DNA of 64,000 nucleotides from Bacillota bacterium (GCA_021791495.1 JAJYWN010000011.1:1015-65014); one strand, 5' to 3'. Positions 52,752 to 63,503 are shown, numbered from the stretch's first letter. Made by a program: numbers and translations. Notes: a model not told the origin generated them from the letters alone.

Positions 52752-53549
52752 GTGCTGGCGGGGTTCGTCGGTTCGCTCCTCGGCCTGGGTGGCGGAATCA
52801 TCATCGTCCCGGCCCTCACCCTCGTGTACGGTGTGGACATGCGTTTTGCCATCGGCGCCAGCATCATCACGGTGATCGCCACCTCCAGTGGCGCGGCCGC
52901 CGCCTACGTCCGGGATAAGATCACCAACATCCGCGTGGGGATGTTCCTCGAAATGGCTACCACTACCGGTGCCTTGACCGGCGCTTTCCTGGCGGGAATG
53001 TTCTCGAACCGCGTCCTTGAGGCCATTTTCGCGGCGATGATGGTATACTCGGCCCTGATGATGCTGCGCCGTCGCAAGGTGGAGCTTCCCGAAGGCGTAG
53101 AGCGTACCCCTCTCGCGAACAAGTTGAAACTTCATGGCGAATATTATGATCAAGCCCTGAAACGCTTGGTGCACTACAACACCACCGGCGTTGTCCCCGG
53201 CTTGGCGGTCATGTTCATCGCCGGCATTTTCTCCGGGCTTCTGGGAATCGGCAGCGGTCTCTTCAAAGTCTTGGGCATGGACGTCTTCATGAAACTGCCG
53301 ATGAAGGTCTCCACCGCCACCAGCAACTTCATGATCGGCGTCACTGCCGCCGCCAGTGCCGGCGTCTACTTTGCCCGCGGGGACGTGAATCCGGCCATTG
53401 CCGCTCCGGTGGCTCTCGGGGTGCTAGTGGGAGCCACTCTGGGCACACGGGTCATGACGCGGATGAAGAACGTTACTCTACGCCTCACTTTCGTACCCAT
53501 CCTCATTTACACAGCGATAGAGATGGCCGTCAAGGCCTACCGCGGATAG
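52752..53549 (+). CDS. TauE/SafE (sulfite exporter) family membrane protein
   Basis: GSLLGLGGGIIIVP, SGLLGIGSG, ATSNFMIGVTA; start uncertain. Confidence 0.88.
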   Translation: MLAGFVGSLLGLGGGIIIVPALTLVYGVDMRFAIGASIITVIATSSGAAAAYVRDKITNIRVGMFLEMATTTGALTGAFLAGMFSNRVLEAIFAAMMVYSALMMLRRRKVELPEGVERTPLANKLKLHGEYYDQALKRLVHYNTTGVVPGLAVMFIAGIFSGLLGIGSGLFKVLGMDVFMKLPMKVSTATSNFMIGVTAAASAGVYFARGDVNPAIAAPVALGVLVGATLGTRVMTRMKNVTLRLTFVPILIYTAIEMAVKAYRG

Positions 53550-53561
53550 GAGGTGGCACCA

Positions 53562-54032
53562 TTGGAGGAAAAGGAAAACAACAAGACAGCGAACTGGACC
53601 CACCCCTTGGCCGGCCCCGCCGCCACGGTGCTGCCGCCCCCGGAAGGCTCTCCCCCACCTTCGGGTGAGGCCGATAGCACCCGGATTTTCAACATGGAGA
53701 TCTTCATCAGTAAGAGCCTGCGCTGGGGCGTCCTGATCAGCGCGGCGGTCATTATCGTCGGGTTTGGTCTTCTCCTGGCGACCGGCCGGAGCGGATACCC
53801 GGAAGGGGTCTTTCCCACCGGCCTCAGCGACGTTATCGCCGGACTGGCCGCCCTGAAGCCCTTCGCCGTCATCGCTCTAGGGCTGGCCCTGCTCATCGCC
53901 ACCCCGGTCTTCCGCGTCGGCTCGTCCATCATCGCTTTCGCCTTGGAGGGCGACCGGCTCTACGTCGGCATTACGGTTTTCGTTTTTGCCGTCCTGATGC
54001 TCAGCTTTTTCCTGGGGAAGGCTGGGGGCTAG
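53562..54032 (+). CDS. DUF1634-family membrane protein
   Basis: IS..LR.GV, LG...LIATPV.RV; usual TauE partner. Confidence 0.82.
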   Translation: MEEKENNKTANWTHPLAGPAATVLPPPEGSPPPSGEADSTRIFNMEIFISKSLRWGVLISAAVIIVGFGLLLATGRSGYPEGVFPTGLSDVIAGLAALKPFAVIALGLALLIATPVFRVGSSIIAFALEGDRLYVGITVFVFAVLMLSFFLGKAGG

Positions 54033-54083
54033 CGCCCGCGCCGCTCGCCGCCTACGGGGACGTCAGCTTGAAGGGGTGACACC

Positions 54084-55925
54084 ATGCCTCCGATCCGGGC
54101 CCGTCTCGCGTCTTTCCGGTCTCTTCGCGGCTCCACCCTGGCTTTTGGCCGTATCTTGGCCCGCATTTTGCTGGCAACCCTAGTCTACCTGTCCATCACC
54201 ACTTCACTGGTCTGGGCCGCCGGCGAGACCAGCGGCCCAGACGCAGGTCCCGCCCCCGAGACCACCGCACCTGGCGTGGCTCCGGGCGGTCTGTCTCCCG
54301 CCGTCCAGTCGCTCCTGGATTCCCTGGAGATGAGGATCCGCTATTTGGAGGAGCAGCTGTTCATCCTGAGTAGCCGGGTTGACCGCGCGGACCGCTCGGT
54401 CAAGACCGCAGCCGACAGCATCCGGCCTTCGGTGGTAGGCATTGTCGCCAGGCGCCCGGTTATCGACCAGGATGGTTATCCTTCTCTCCTCACCGTCAGC
54501 GGGTCCGGATTCGTGGCCAGGGCGGATGGAGAGATCTGGACCAACTACCACGTGATTGAGGGAGCCGCCACCATCAAGGTGATGCTGAATGACCGCCGCG
54601 TCTTCGACGCCCGCGTGCTCCACTCAGATAAGCTCTACGATCTCGCACTCCTGAAGATAGACGCTAAAGACTTACCTGTACCGCCGCTCCGGAGAATCGA
54701 CGCCGGCGCGGTCGGTGAAACCATCGGCGTGATGGGCAGCCCCGATGGCTTACAGCATTTCAACAGCGTCTCCTCGGGCGTGGTGAGCGGCGTCGGCATC
54801 GCCACCTCGGGCTTTACACCCTACATCCAGACCGACGCTCCCATCAACCCGGGCAATAGCGGCGGACCCGCCTTCGACCTGGACGGGAAAGTGGTGGGCA
54901 TCGCCTCCTGGAAGCTGGTTGGCCTCAGTGTCGAGGGGTCCGGCTTCCTTATCCCCAGCTCTACCCTGGAGGAAGCGGCCGCCCAGTTCGAAGCCCAGGG
55001 GTATGTAGTCCGCTCCTTCCTCGGGGTTTCGGTGGAGGAGTCTTGGGAGACCTCGGTGGGACTCTCTTCCGAGGAAGGGCTGGGCGTCGCTTCGGTGGTG
55101 GTGGCCTCCGCCGCCGAGAAAGCGGGCCTGAAGCCTGGCGATGCCATCCTCCAGGTCGGCGGGAAGAGTGTTTCCAGTATGTTCGAGTTGACCGAGGCCC
55201 TGAAGCTCCACCGCCCCGGCGAGTCCGTCACGCTGACGGTGCGCCCGGTGGCGGAGTCTCCGAGTCCGTCTCCGGCGCCGCATGGGCTTGCTCTCTCCCC
55301 GCTTCCTTCACCCACTACGAAGACCCTGAAGGTGACCTTACGCCAGCGTCCACCCGACAGCGGCCTCTCCGGCAGCATCCGAGAAGATGAAGGCTACGGC
55401 ACGGGCATATGGCTGGAACCCAGCGAGACCGAGGCCGATGGGGCCGCTCATTACGGGCGCTTTGGTTACAAATACCGTGACGGCTTCGACATGCTGGAGC
55501 CTTGGGTGTTCGGAGACGGCTACGCCTCCGCCACGGTGGTGACGCCTTATCTGTCTCTAGCTCTGGATTCGTACGCGGCCGAAGCAAAGGACAATCCCCT
55601 CAGGGCCGCGGACATCGAGACCGCCAGGCGAGCCGGAGCCTATCGACTCAGCGTCTTCCTGGACATCCTTGAGGATTCCGAGATTGCGCTAAAGGGCATC
55701 ACCGTGGTCCTGCAGCAGGGGGATATCACCCTAAGCCCCCTGGCCGAAGGAGCCGTGGAGATCGCCCCATCCTCCTACGCCCCGGCGCCACCCAGGGTGA
55801 AGTGGCATCGGGCTTTCACCTTCGCGGTGGACGACTTGAACCCGGATATGGGCTTCGCCGTGGTGGCAACGCTTCCTGGAGGTCGGAACATCGTCATTCC
55901 CGTGGATGTGGGGCGCATCCGCTAG
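54084..55925 (+). CDS. HtrA/DegP-like serine protease with PDZ domain and C-terminal extension
   Basis: GSGF, TNYHV, DLALLK, QTDAPINPGNSGGP; signal peptide; PDZ domain. Confidence 0.9.
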   Translation: MPPIRARLASFRSLRGSTLAFGRILARILLATLVYLSITTSLVWAAGETSGPDAGPAPETTAPGVAPGGLSPAVQSLLDSLEMRIRYLEEQLFILSSRVDRADRSVKTAADSIRPSVVGIVARRPVIDQDGYPSLLTVSGSGFVARADGEIWTNYHVIEGAATIKVMLNDRRVFDARVLHSDKLYDLALLKIDAKDLPVPPLRRIDAGAVGETIGVMGSPDGLQHFNSVSSGVVSGVGIATSGFTPYIQTDAPINPGNSGGPAFDLDGKVVGIASWKLVGLSVEGSGFLIPSSTLEEAAAQFEAQGYVVRSFLGVSVEESWETSVGLSSEEGLGVASVVVASAAEKAGLKPGDAILQVGGKSVSSMFELTEALKLHRPGESVTLTVRPVAESPSPSPAPHGLALSPLPSPTTKTLKVTLRQRPPDSGLSGSIREDEGYGTGIWLEPSETEADGAAHYGRFGYKYRDGFDMLEPWVFGDGYASATVVTPYLSLALDSYAAEAKDNPLRAADIETARRAGAYRLSVFLDILEDSEIALKGITVVLQQGDITLSPLAEGAVEIAPSSYAPAPPRVKWHRAFTFAVDDLNPDMGFAVVATLPGGRNIVIPVDVGRIR

Positions 55926-56051
55926 GGCCTGGTAGCCTGTGGCTTAGTGCATAGCTCCGCTGGTCGCAGGTGTTGCCCCGGCCGCCAGCGAAATCCTAGC
56001 GCAGTCGTACCGTACGTTTCCCACGGTTTCCTCAGAAATGGGGGCGGGGCG

Positions 56052-56489
56052 GTGCCGCCCGTGGTGGTCGATAGTCTACTAATAGCTGGATTCGTGGCCG
56101 TCATCCTCTTTTGGTGCTGGGCCGAGTTCGTCTTCGACCGCGCGGTCAAACCTTTCCTCATTCAGGACCCCCTCCACCCCTCCAAGCCGTCCCTGCAGGG
56201 CTTCCGGCGCCCCACCACGATGATGGCCCGGTTATGGATGCGCTCCGCCTATGCGAAAGAAGACTTCTTCTCCTGGGAGGAGAAGATGGCCGTGGTACGC
56301 CGTCACCGCACTACCAGTCTGGTCTGCGCCGGCATCATCGTCCTCATCCTCATCCTCGGTTTTCGCCAGGCGATGCTGGAGGACAAGACGTGGTTCCCCC
56401 GCACCTCCGAAGAGGCCGCACCGGTCGCCGCCGCGGTCGACCCGGCGACCCGGGGGATCTCAATGAGGAGGGATCCGTGCCATGGTTGA
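56052..56489 (+). CDS. Hypothetical membrane protein
   Basis: Two hydrophobic helices; overlaps the next start. Confidence 0.55.
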   Translation: MPPVVVDSLLIAGFVAVILFWCWAEFVFDRAVKPFLIQDPLHPSKPSLQGFRRPTTMMARLWMRSAYAKEDFFSWEEKMAVVRRHRTTSLVCAGIIVLILILGFRQAMLEDKTWFPRTSEEAAPVAAAVDPATRGISMRRDPCHG

Positions 56490-57600
56490 GGTCCGCCTGG
56501 ACGACCGGCTCCGGCTCCTTTCGGCCATGCTCCTATTCACTGCCCAGGGTTCCCATCAGACGCACTTCGCTCCCCACCCGATCCGAATCCGCACCCTCGA
56601 GTGGCTTGCGCCCCATAGCGGACACTCGTCTCTGCGTATCTTCCGCCGGCTGGCGGAGAGAGTCTTCATTTCTTTCTTCTACTCCTTGGGTGTCCAACTG
56701 GGCGCGGCGCCTGACTTCGCCCCGCCGGATGAGGCCGTCCTGGAACCAGACATAATGACTCACCTCGAACGGGTCGCCAAGGATAGCGGATGCTCTTCTA
56801 CGTACCTGCTTAACGAGTTGTCCGAGTCCATGGGCGATTTCTACTCGGCCGGCCGTCTCCCGGCCTTGTGGTCCGCCACGTCCGCCGCCTGGGATAGCGT
56901 GCGCGCCGGCGCCGTCCGGGCCGTGGATTCCTGTGGTCTCGCAACCTGGCTGAAGAGCTTCTTCGGTCCCGTCAATTTCCGGCTGGTGGTGGTCCCCCTG
57001 GCTACCAGTCCCCCCAGCATGGGCTTTGGCCCGCGGAACAGCTCTGAAGGATACGCCATTATCGGTCCAAACTGTGTTTCGCGGCCTGGGAGCGAGGCGG
57101 GGCTCTGGCAAGGGCTGGTTAGGGGACGCGGCGAAGTGGTTGCCTCAAAGACCTCAAAGACCTGGGTGGAAGAACCGTTCGACTATGCGTTGTCCTTCGA
57201 TGCCAGTACCCAGACCATGATGGTCCACGAGTTTTCGCACAGCCTCATCCGGGAGTTCTTCGGGCGGAACCCAGACCTTGCCCACGTGACTTCGGCCATC
57301 AATGCCAAGTTGCCACTGAGAGGATACTTCCCCAACATGTATCCCGAATGGCCGCTCCGGCTCGAAGAGATCATTGTTCGGGCAGTTCAGACCCTTTTTC
57401 AGTCCGACCACGGCGGAGAGGCGGCCGGCCGGCGCGCCCTCGAAGCTCAGGTGAGCGAGTTCGGCCTCGAGGTATTGCCCGAAGTCCACCGAGCCCTTGC
57501 TGACTATGCGCGGGCGAAGAAGGCCGGGGATTACGGTAACCTTTCGGAGTTCGGTCCGGAGCTTGAGAAGCGGTTGCTGGCCTGGGCCGAGAAGAGCTAG
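56482..57600 (+). CDS. DUF4932-like protein with HEXXH motif (possible metallopeptidase)
   Basis: DDRLRLLS N-terminus, MVHEFSHS, Y..W...EEIIVRA. Confidence 0.65.
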   Translation: MVEVRLDDRLRLLSAMLLFTAQGSHQTHFAPHPIRIRTLEWLAPHSGHSSLRIFRRLAERVFISFFYSLGVQLGAAPDFAPPDEAVLEPDIMTHLERVAKDSGCSSTYLLNELSESMGDFYSAGRLPALWSATSAAWDSVRAGAVRAVDSCGLATWLKSFFGPVNFRLVVVPLATSPPSMGFGPRNSSEGYAIIGPNCVSRPGSEAGLWQGLVRGRGEVVASKTSKTWVEEPFDYALSFDASTQTMMVHEFSHSLIREFFGRNPDLAHVTSAINAKLPLRGYFPNMYPEWPLRLEEIIVRAVQTLFQSDHGGEAAGRRALEAQVSEFGLEVLPEVHRALADYARAKKAGDYGNLSEFGPELEKRLLAWAEKS

Positions 57601-57630
57601 GACACGCTAGAGACAGGGACAAGATCAGAG

Positions 57631-59274
57631 TTAGCCGACCCGTAGCCAAAACGTCTTCAGGTAGGCCGGTTCCCGTCGCGACGGTGGGAAATCCGGAGAC
57701 TGGCTGGCGAAGAAACTCCGCTCTATGGTGCGCCCCGCTCGGGCCGCGGCCGTCTCCATGGTGACCGCGAAACGCTCCGGGGAAATTCGCGCCGCGTTGG
57801 TGGAGGCAAAAAGCACTCCACCCTTCTTAACCAAAGGCAGGGCCGCATCTACCAGGGCGTCGTAGTCCTTCTCGGCCCGGAAGGCCCCTCCCGGTTTCGA
57901 CGTCGAGAAAGTTGGCGGGTCCAGGAGGACCACATCGTACTGGCGCCCCTTGTGGGCCAGCCGACGCATCCAGTCGAAGGCGTCGCCGTAGATGAAATCG
58001 TGGTCTCTTGGATCCAGCCCGTTCAGCACGAAGTTCCGCCTCCCCCATTCGAGGTACTTCCTGGACAGGTCGAGGCTGGTGGTTTTGGCACCCGCCTTAG
58101 CTGCGCAGACTGAAAACCCGCAGGTATAAGCGAAGACGTTTAGGACTTCGGCGCCTATGGGAGTGCCGGAGAAAGGGCGGAATCCCGGTCCCACGTAGTC
58201 CACCGAAAGCCGCCGGCGGTTATCGCGTTGGTCCAGGAACAGCCCGGTCGAATAACCTTCCTCGAAACTCAAAGCATAGAGGACACCGTTCTCGCGGACC
58301 ACGAATTCCGGAGGGGCGGCTTGTCCCCGGACCAGCGCCGGCGACGCTTCCGAAGGCGAAACGTTCCTCACCGCCGTGGTCAGAGTCTTGTGATAGGTCC
58401 CTTTGGCTCCGGCGGTCGACGCCAGTGTTTCCAAGTGCTTGACCCGGTCACCGGACAGCGGCTCTCCGGCTTGGGACATCAGGTACGCGCCCAACCGGTC
58501 CACCGACCATCCCGGCCAGCCGTCGGCTGCCCCGTTCAGCATGCGGTAAGCGTCGGTATCCTCCCGGTCCACCACCGCCCGCCGCAAGCCCTCCGCAGGG
58601 TCAGCCGCGAAGTCGGTCTCGGTTCGTATCTCCATGGGTTCTCCGGTAGCCGGATGGACGAAACGCAATCCTGCCGCATGCAGGCAGAGCCGGGGCGCGG
58701 CGGCACCGCCGTAGAGGGAGTCACCCAGGACCGGACACCCGCTGGCCGCCGCGTGGACGCGGATCTGGTGGGTGCGGCCGGTTTCAGGACGGGCCTGGAC
58801 CAACGTAACGCGGGATCCGCCGGGTGAGCCACCGCGCGCCAGAGCAGCGTCGACCCGCTCGCCCACCTTTTGGAAACGGGTTACAGCCACCTGGGCACCT
58901 TTCGGCTGTGGCGGCACCTTTCCCTCGGGGAACTCCCGATACCGGTCGCCTTTCCTGCCGATCAAGGACCGGCGGACCCAATCGTTCTCCGGCACAGGGC
59001 GGTCGGTGAGGAACTCGTAGGTCTTCCCCACCCCTCGCTCCGCGAACTGGCGCGACAGGCTCTGGCGGGCGCGCGGCGACTTGGCGAAGAGGAGGATGCC
59101 CGAGGTCTCCTTGTCCAGACGGTGCATGATAGTGAGATCGGCCCACCTCGGCTCGCGCGCCCTCAACCATTCGTAGACACCCGCCGGCGCATAAGGGTCC
59201 GGGACATGGGTATTCCAACCCGCCGGCTTGTCGACAGCCAGTACGTCTTCGTCCTCATACAGGATCATCGTCAC
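57631..59274 (-). CDS. RluA-type pseudouridine synthase fused to an RlmI/RlmK-type SAM methyltransferase
   Basis: HRLDKETSG, TGRTHQIRVH, GD..YG; then TGLFLDQR, LNVFAYTCGFS, LDPPTF. Confidence 0.88.
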   Translation of the reverse strand: MTMILYEDEDVLAVDKPAGWNTHVPDPYAPAGVYEWLRAREPRWADLTIMHRLDKETSGILLFAKSPRARQSLSRQFAERGVGKTYEFLTDRPVPENDWVRRSLIGRKGDRYREFPEGKVPPQPKGAQVAVTRFQKVGERVDAALARGGSPGGSRVTLVQARPETGRTHQIRVHAAASGCPVLGDSLYGGAAAPRLCLHAAGLRFVHPATGEPMEIRTETDFAADPAEGLRRAVVDREDTDAYRMLNGAADGWPGWSVDRLGAYLMSQAGEPLSGDRVKHLETLASTAGAKGTYHKTLTTAVRNVSPSEASPALVRGQAAPPEFVVRENGVLYALSFEEGYSTGLFLDQRDNRRRLSVDYVGPGFRPFSGTPIGAEVLNVFAYTCGFSVCAAKAGAKTTSLDLSRKYLEWGRRNFVLNGLDPRDHDFIYGDAFDWMRRLAHKGRQYDVVLLDPPTFSTSKPGGAFRAEKDYDALVDAALPLVKKGGVLFASTNAARISPERFAVTMETAAARAGRTIERSFFASQSPDFPPSRREPAYLKTFWLRVG

Positions 59275-59320
59275 GGGGACAGGAACGCCTCCCCAGGTCT
59301 ACACACGCTTCTCCCGACCT

Positions 59321-59770
59321 CTATACGGATCTCTCTATCAAGCTAACCGCGAAGCGGTAGCCGGCTCGTTCCGCCAGGCCCTGAACGGTATGGCGGACGG
59401 CTCCGAAATCGAAGGTGTAAGAGTATTCCTTCCCAAACAGGACCGATTGCTCGGCCACCGTCCCCGTGCGCTCCTTCCCCTTGATCCGGTAGCTCTCAGT
59501 CTTCACCCCGAAACCGGGACCGAAGCCATCCCCGGCGGCACTGGAGAGGCCCGCCCCACTCTCCTTCAGCACCTCGAAGAAACGGACCTCCTTCTTCTCC
59601 TCGTCCACCCGCAGCCTGGCCCGGTAGGTCAGGGTCTTCCGGGAGAGAAAGGCCTTCCGCTCGGCCACCTTGGTGTCCAGAAGCAGAGAGCCGTCCTTCT
59701 GGACCTGAAAGGGGGCGGGCGTGGACCGGAATGATTCCTGGATGGTCTCTAACAGTGGCATTGGCCGCAC
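59321..59770 (-). CDS. Hypothetical protein
   Basis: GGAGGTG RBS; coding-like sequence; start may be 9 nt downstream. Confidence 0.65.
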   Translation of the reverse strand: MRPMPLLETIQESFRSTPAPFQVQKDGSLLLDTKVAERKAFLSRKTLTYRARLRVDEEKKEVRFFEVLKESGAGLSSAAGDGFGPGFGVKTESYRIKGKERTGTVAEQSVLFGKEYSYTFDFGAVRHTVQGLAERAGYRFAVSLIERSV

Positions 59771-59938
59771 CTCCGCGTGTCATCAAAATTACCTGGACAG
59801 GCCCCGTCAAACCTCATTGCCAAGACCCCATAGGCAATGGTAACATGAGACAGCAATCTTGGCATTATCACCCAACCGGAATCAGCTATATGACGTTCAC
59901 GTAACCCCTAAGGGTGACCCCACAAAAGGGGGGCGGCA

Positions 59939-61372
59939 GTGGACAAACAGGCGACCGCGCGAGGGTGTTACGCTCTTCTTCTCGGGCTCTTCTTCGGCTG
60001 GCTCCTCTCTTTTCCGATGTACGGCCCGGTCATGGGAGCCATGGCCGGAGCCCGGGACGTGGAACCAGGCTCGATAGTGACCACCTTCCTGATCACTCAT
60101 GCCGCCGGTCTCTTCGGGTTCGGGTTCCTGGGTTCCAGGCTACCGCTAACGTGGCCGTGGTTCGTCTATGGTTCCCTGGCCTGTCTGGTCCTGACCCTTT
60201 CTTTCGCGGCCTTGCCCCCGTCCTGGTGGTCTCCGGCCATGGGCCTTCTGGGCCTCTTTGCCTCGCTCCCAGTTATCGTCTGGACCAGATACTTCGCGGA
60301 TTCAGCCCCCTATGCTTGGAGAGGCCGGACCATCGCTGTGGCGCAGATCGGCGCCAACCTGCTCCTAATCTTGGTAGGGCTGGCCTTGGGCTACGTGCCT
60401 CCCGTGGCCATGCTGGTAATCAGCGCGGCCTTTCTCATCTTAGCCGCCGCCAGCGCAGTGTACCTCCTCCGGCGACCGGGCGGCCTGCCATCAGCCGGGC
60501 TGTCTCCTGTCCCACCGGCGGCGCATGAGGCTGAGGCGGCGCCACCTTTGCCGCTTTGGCAGCTCATCTGCCTCATCATCTTCTTCTTCTTCGGGGCCGG
60601 CCTGGTGAACCAGGTCGTCTATCCGGCCCAATCCGGGATCGCGACCTTGCCTACGGCCTTGGGCCTCCTCGCTTACATCGTCTTTGACGCCCTTAGTGGA
60701 TATGCGGCCGACAGAGTCGACCGCCGCCACGTTGCGGTAGGCGGACTGGTGGTTCTGGGCCTCTCGCTCTTCATCGGAGCTTCTCTAAGTACCGCCTTCG
60801 GCTTGCACGCCGCCCAATTCCTCGTCCAAGCCGCTTACGCCCCCATGGATGTCTTTCTATGGGTGACCTTGGCAGATATCGCCCCGAGAGCCAAACCAAC
60901 CGTCTACTTCGGCCTCGGCCTAGGCTTGAACGTTTTCACTATTTACGCTGGCTCCCTTGCCGTCGGGCGCCTGGCATCCATGTTCCCTGGTAGCAGTGGC
61001 GCTCTCATTGCCGGCGCGGCCCTCTTTCTTGCCGTTCCCCTGGTCGCCTTGGCTCCGGTCCGGATTTCGCCCCTGCGAGCTGTCGCGCCGGTCGCGCACG
61101 GTGAGACGTCGGTCCTGGCGTCCTTCGGCCTCACCTATCGTGAGCGGGAGATCGCCCTCCTCCTCCTCGACGGTGCCAGCAACGATGACATCGTCGCGCG
61201 GCTCTCCATCTCGCCCAACACTTTGAAGACACACCTGCGGCATATCTACCAGAAGACAGAGACCGGCAACCGCCGGGAGCTGATTCTGAAGGTCACCCGG
61301 CGGAGCGAACCCGCGGCGGCGCCGAAGAGCGTGCCGAAAGGTGCGCCCAAAAGCGGGACTAAGGCCGGTTAG
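59939..61372 (+). CDS. Transmembrane (MFS-like, ~12 TM) LuxR-family transcriptional regulator
   Basis: Many TM helices with GYAADRVDRR (MFS motif A-like); C-terminal LTYREREI..LL.DG.SN..I...L.IS.NT.KTHL..IY.K LuxR HTH. Confidence 0.88.
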   Translation: MDKQATARGCYALLLGLFFGWLLSFPMYGPVMGAMAGARDVEPGSIVTTFLITHAAGLFGFGFLGSRLPLTWPWFVYGSLACLVLTLSFAALPPSWWSPAMGLLGLFASLPVIVWTRYFADSAPYAWRGRTIAVAQIGANLLLILVGLALGYVPPVAMLVISAAFLILAAASAVYLLRRPGGLPSAGLSPVPPAAHEAEAAPPLPLWQLICLIIFFFFGAGLVNQVVYPAQSGIATLPTALGLLAYIVFDALSGYAADRVDRRHVAVGGLVVLGLSLFIGASLSTAFGLHAAQFLVQAAYAPMDVFLWVTLADIAPRAKPTVYFGLGLGLNVFTIYAGSLAVGRLASMFPGSSGALIAGAALFLAVPLVALAPVRISPLRAVAPVAHGETSVLASFGLTYREREIALLLLDGASNDDIVARLSISPNTLKTHLRHIYQKTETGNRRELILKVTRRSEPAAAPKSVPKGAPKSGTKAG

Positions 61373-61385
61373 TTCCAGCCTGGTT

Positions 61386-63446
61386 TCAGGGTCGGATCGT
61401 TATCTCGTAGTTCACTCCGTCCCAATCCACCTTCGCCTCCAGAGCGTTGGCCACGAAACGCAGGGGAACGACGGTCCGGTCATTCACGATGGTCGGGGGC
61501 ACATCGAGGACAGATGACTGTCCGTTGACCAGAGCATCCTTGCGCCCCACCCATAGGACCACTACTTTCGTCCCTTTAGTGTAGGTCACACGCCGTTCGG
61601 TGCCCTCCCACTGAATGTCGGCCCCAAGGTTCTCCCCAATGAAACGCAGCGGGACCAGAGTGCGGCCATTCTCGATGAACGGCGCCAGGGGGAGACTCAC
61701 TTCCTGGCCTTTCACTTTGGCGATCGGGTGGTTGATTTTCAGCCAGATGACCATTTCCCCCTGGGCTGTAGCGGAGAGGAAGACCGGCGTACCCTTGCCG
61801 CCGCCGGGGTAGGTCGGGACGACCTTGTAGTAGTAGGTCCGTCCGGCCTCGAGGCCGGTGTCCTTGTACTGGGTTCCCGTCAGCGGGAAATCGGTCAGGG
61901 GGGAGTTGTCATCGAAGACGCCCTGGATCGTGGAGCGGTAAACATAGTACCCGTAAGCCGACTGCCCCGCGGCGTCCTTGGAGGTGGAAGCGTTCCAGGT
62001 CAGGTCCACCGACCCTTCCGAGCCTCCGGTCGTCCCGCCGGTCGCGCTCCCCCCGGCAGCCCCGCCGGCGCTCCCTGTCGAGCCGGATCCCGGTGCCCCG
62101 CCCGTGGTCGCGTAGGCGACGGTGGCCAAGAAGAGGTCTTGTGCTTTTCCGTCAGGGCTGACCAGGGAGAGGAGGAGCTTCCGCCCGTCGGAGGAGCCGA
62201 AGCGGTAATCGGAATCGGAGTTGATGGACGGCACCCCGAAGTTCCAGCTGGCGGGAAGGCCCTTTTCGCCGGGCTTCAGGAGTACGGTGATCCCATCGCG
62301 GCGCGAAAGGGAGACTTCCTGAACGCCGGTGGCCCATACAGGATGTAGAAGAATACCCGGCTGGTCATCCCAAAAGGCGTTGTCAAACCAGCCGTCGGGG
62401 TCCTGAAACTCGATCTTCTCACCGCCGGCAGACGGGAAGAAGGCCGCGGAATTATAGCCTTCGCGAGCAAAGAAGTATTTTCCGCTATCCACCAACTGAT
62501 AATTGCAGCCAATAAGCTCGGGGGCCATCAGGGCCGGCGTTCCGCCCCCGAGAGGGACGGTGTAGTAGGCACTGCCGACATCGGGAATGCGGTAGGCGAC
62601 GAAGGCCGCGTAGGCGCCGTCGACGATGCTTCTCCCGATGGCGTACGGGTGACCGGCTACGGAGACGACTCTGGTGTTCGGGTCTTTCGCCGTATACCCC
62701 GCCAGTCTCGACGCCTGACCCGAAGCTATGTCATAGACCACCACTGCTTCGGCTCCGGAGTAATCCCCCTCTCCGGTGGCCTCGATAGTATAGACCAGTT
62801 TCGTGCCGTCTCCGGTCAGGTCCCAGCCCATGCGGTCCAGGTTCACCGTGTAGTTGCCGGCGGGGACACCCATCCCACTCGGTACTTTCAGGGGAATGAA
62901 CCTGATGCTCCCACTGGCCACATCGACGATCCCAAATCCTTCGTCGTATCCACCGGAATAGTTCTCCAGCATTTGGAGGACCATGGTGGACCCGTCGGCC
63001 GAGAACCTTATCTTCTGCGCGCCCAGGGTCACCTGGTAATTGAGGTCGTCCGCCCGGTAGCGCGGCCCCCGGACGCTGGTCGCCGGACGGGACACCCCTT
63101 GGCGAAGTATCTCTTTAACCCACGAACCATCGGTAGCCGCAGCCTTCACGATGGTGTAGTTATAGCCCGGCTGTTCCGGGATGGGCGCTTCTTCGATCCA
63201 GGCTACCCGGGAGCCGTCACGGCTGATCTGTATTCCCCATTTCAGGGTCCCGGAGTTGGTGATGCGGTTCACGCTGACCGTCGGGGAAGAGGCCGGAGCC
63301 GCCTGGGATGCGGCCGGCCACAACAGACTGGTTAGTAGAACGATTGCCAGAACCAGCCCTAACGCCCTCGGAAGCGGGAGATGCGGCGCCGGACGGAAGA
63401 GCCCGCCAAGCCGCGCGCAGCCGGTAACGGAAGTTCTAGGCAACAA
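61386..63446 (-). CDS. Secreted/cell-surface protein: TolB-like propeller repeats, FN3-like domain and copper-amine-oxidase N-terminal (stalk) domain
   Basis: Signal peptide, SRDG/SADG/SSDG repeats, GYYVYRS..Y.D......YYYKV, GRTLVPLRFIGE.LGA...W twice. Confidence 0.8.
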   Translation of the reverse strand: MLPRTSVTGCARLGGLFRPAPHLPLPRALGLVLAIVLLTSLLWPAASQAAPASSPTVSVNRITNSGTLKWGIQISRDGSRVAWIEEAPIPEQPGYNYTIVKAAATDGSWVKEILRQGVSRPATSVRGPRYRADDLNYQVTLGAQKIRFSADGSTMVLQMLENYSGGYDEGFGIVDVASGSIRFIPLKVPSGMGVPAGNYTVNLDRMGWDLTGDGTKLVYTIEATGEGDYSGAEAVVVYDIASGQASRLAGYTAKDPNTRVVSVAGHPYAIGRSIVDGAYAAFVAYRIPDVGSAYYTVPLGGGTPALMAPELIGCNYQLVDSGKYFFAREGYNSAAFFPSAGGEKIEFQDPDGWFDNAFWDDQPGILLHPVWATGVQEVSLSRRDGITVLLKPGEKGLPASWNFGVPSINSDSDYRFGSSDGRKLLLSLVSPDGKAQDLFLATVAYATTGGAPGSGSTGSAGGAAGGSATGGTTGGSEGSVDLTWNASTSKDAAGQSAYGYYVYRSTIQGVFDDNSPLTDFPLTGTQYKDTGLEAGRTYYYKVVPTYPGGGKGTPVFLSATAQGEMVIWLKINHPIAKVKGQEVSLPLAPFIENGRTLVPLRFIGENLGADIQWEGTERRVTYTKGTKVVVLWVGRKDALVNGQSSVLDVPPTIVNDRTVVPLRFVANALEAKVDWDGVNYEITIRP

Positions 63447-63503
63447 CCATTCCCCCCAACTTGGTGGATACAGCTATTTCTACCGCATAGTCGGAGGGGG
63501 GAA

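Noticed and set aside
52677-52752. TauE frame stays open and TM-like upstream of GTG 52752, while the nearby RBS-linked starts are out of frame
   Set aside because: Cannot distinguish a non-canonical start, an indel or a sequencing error; too weak to call programmed frameshifting.
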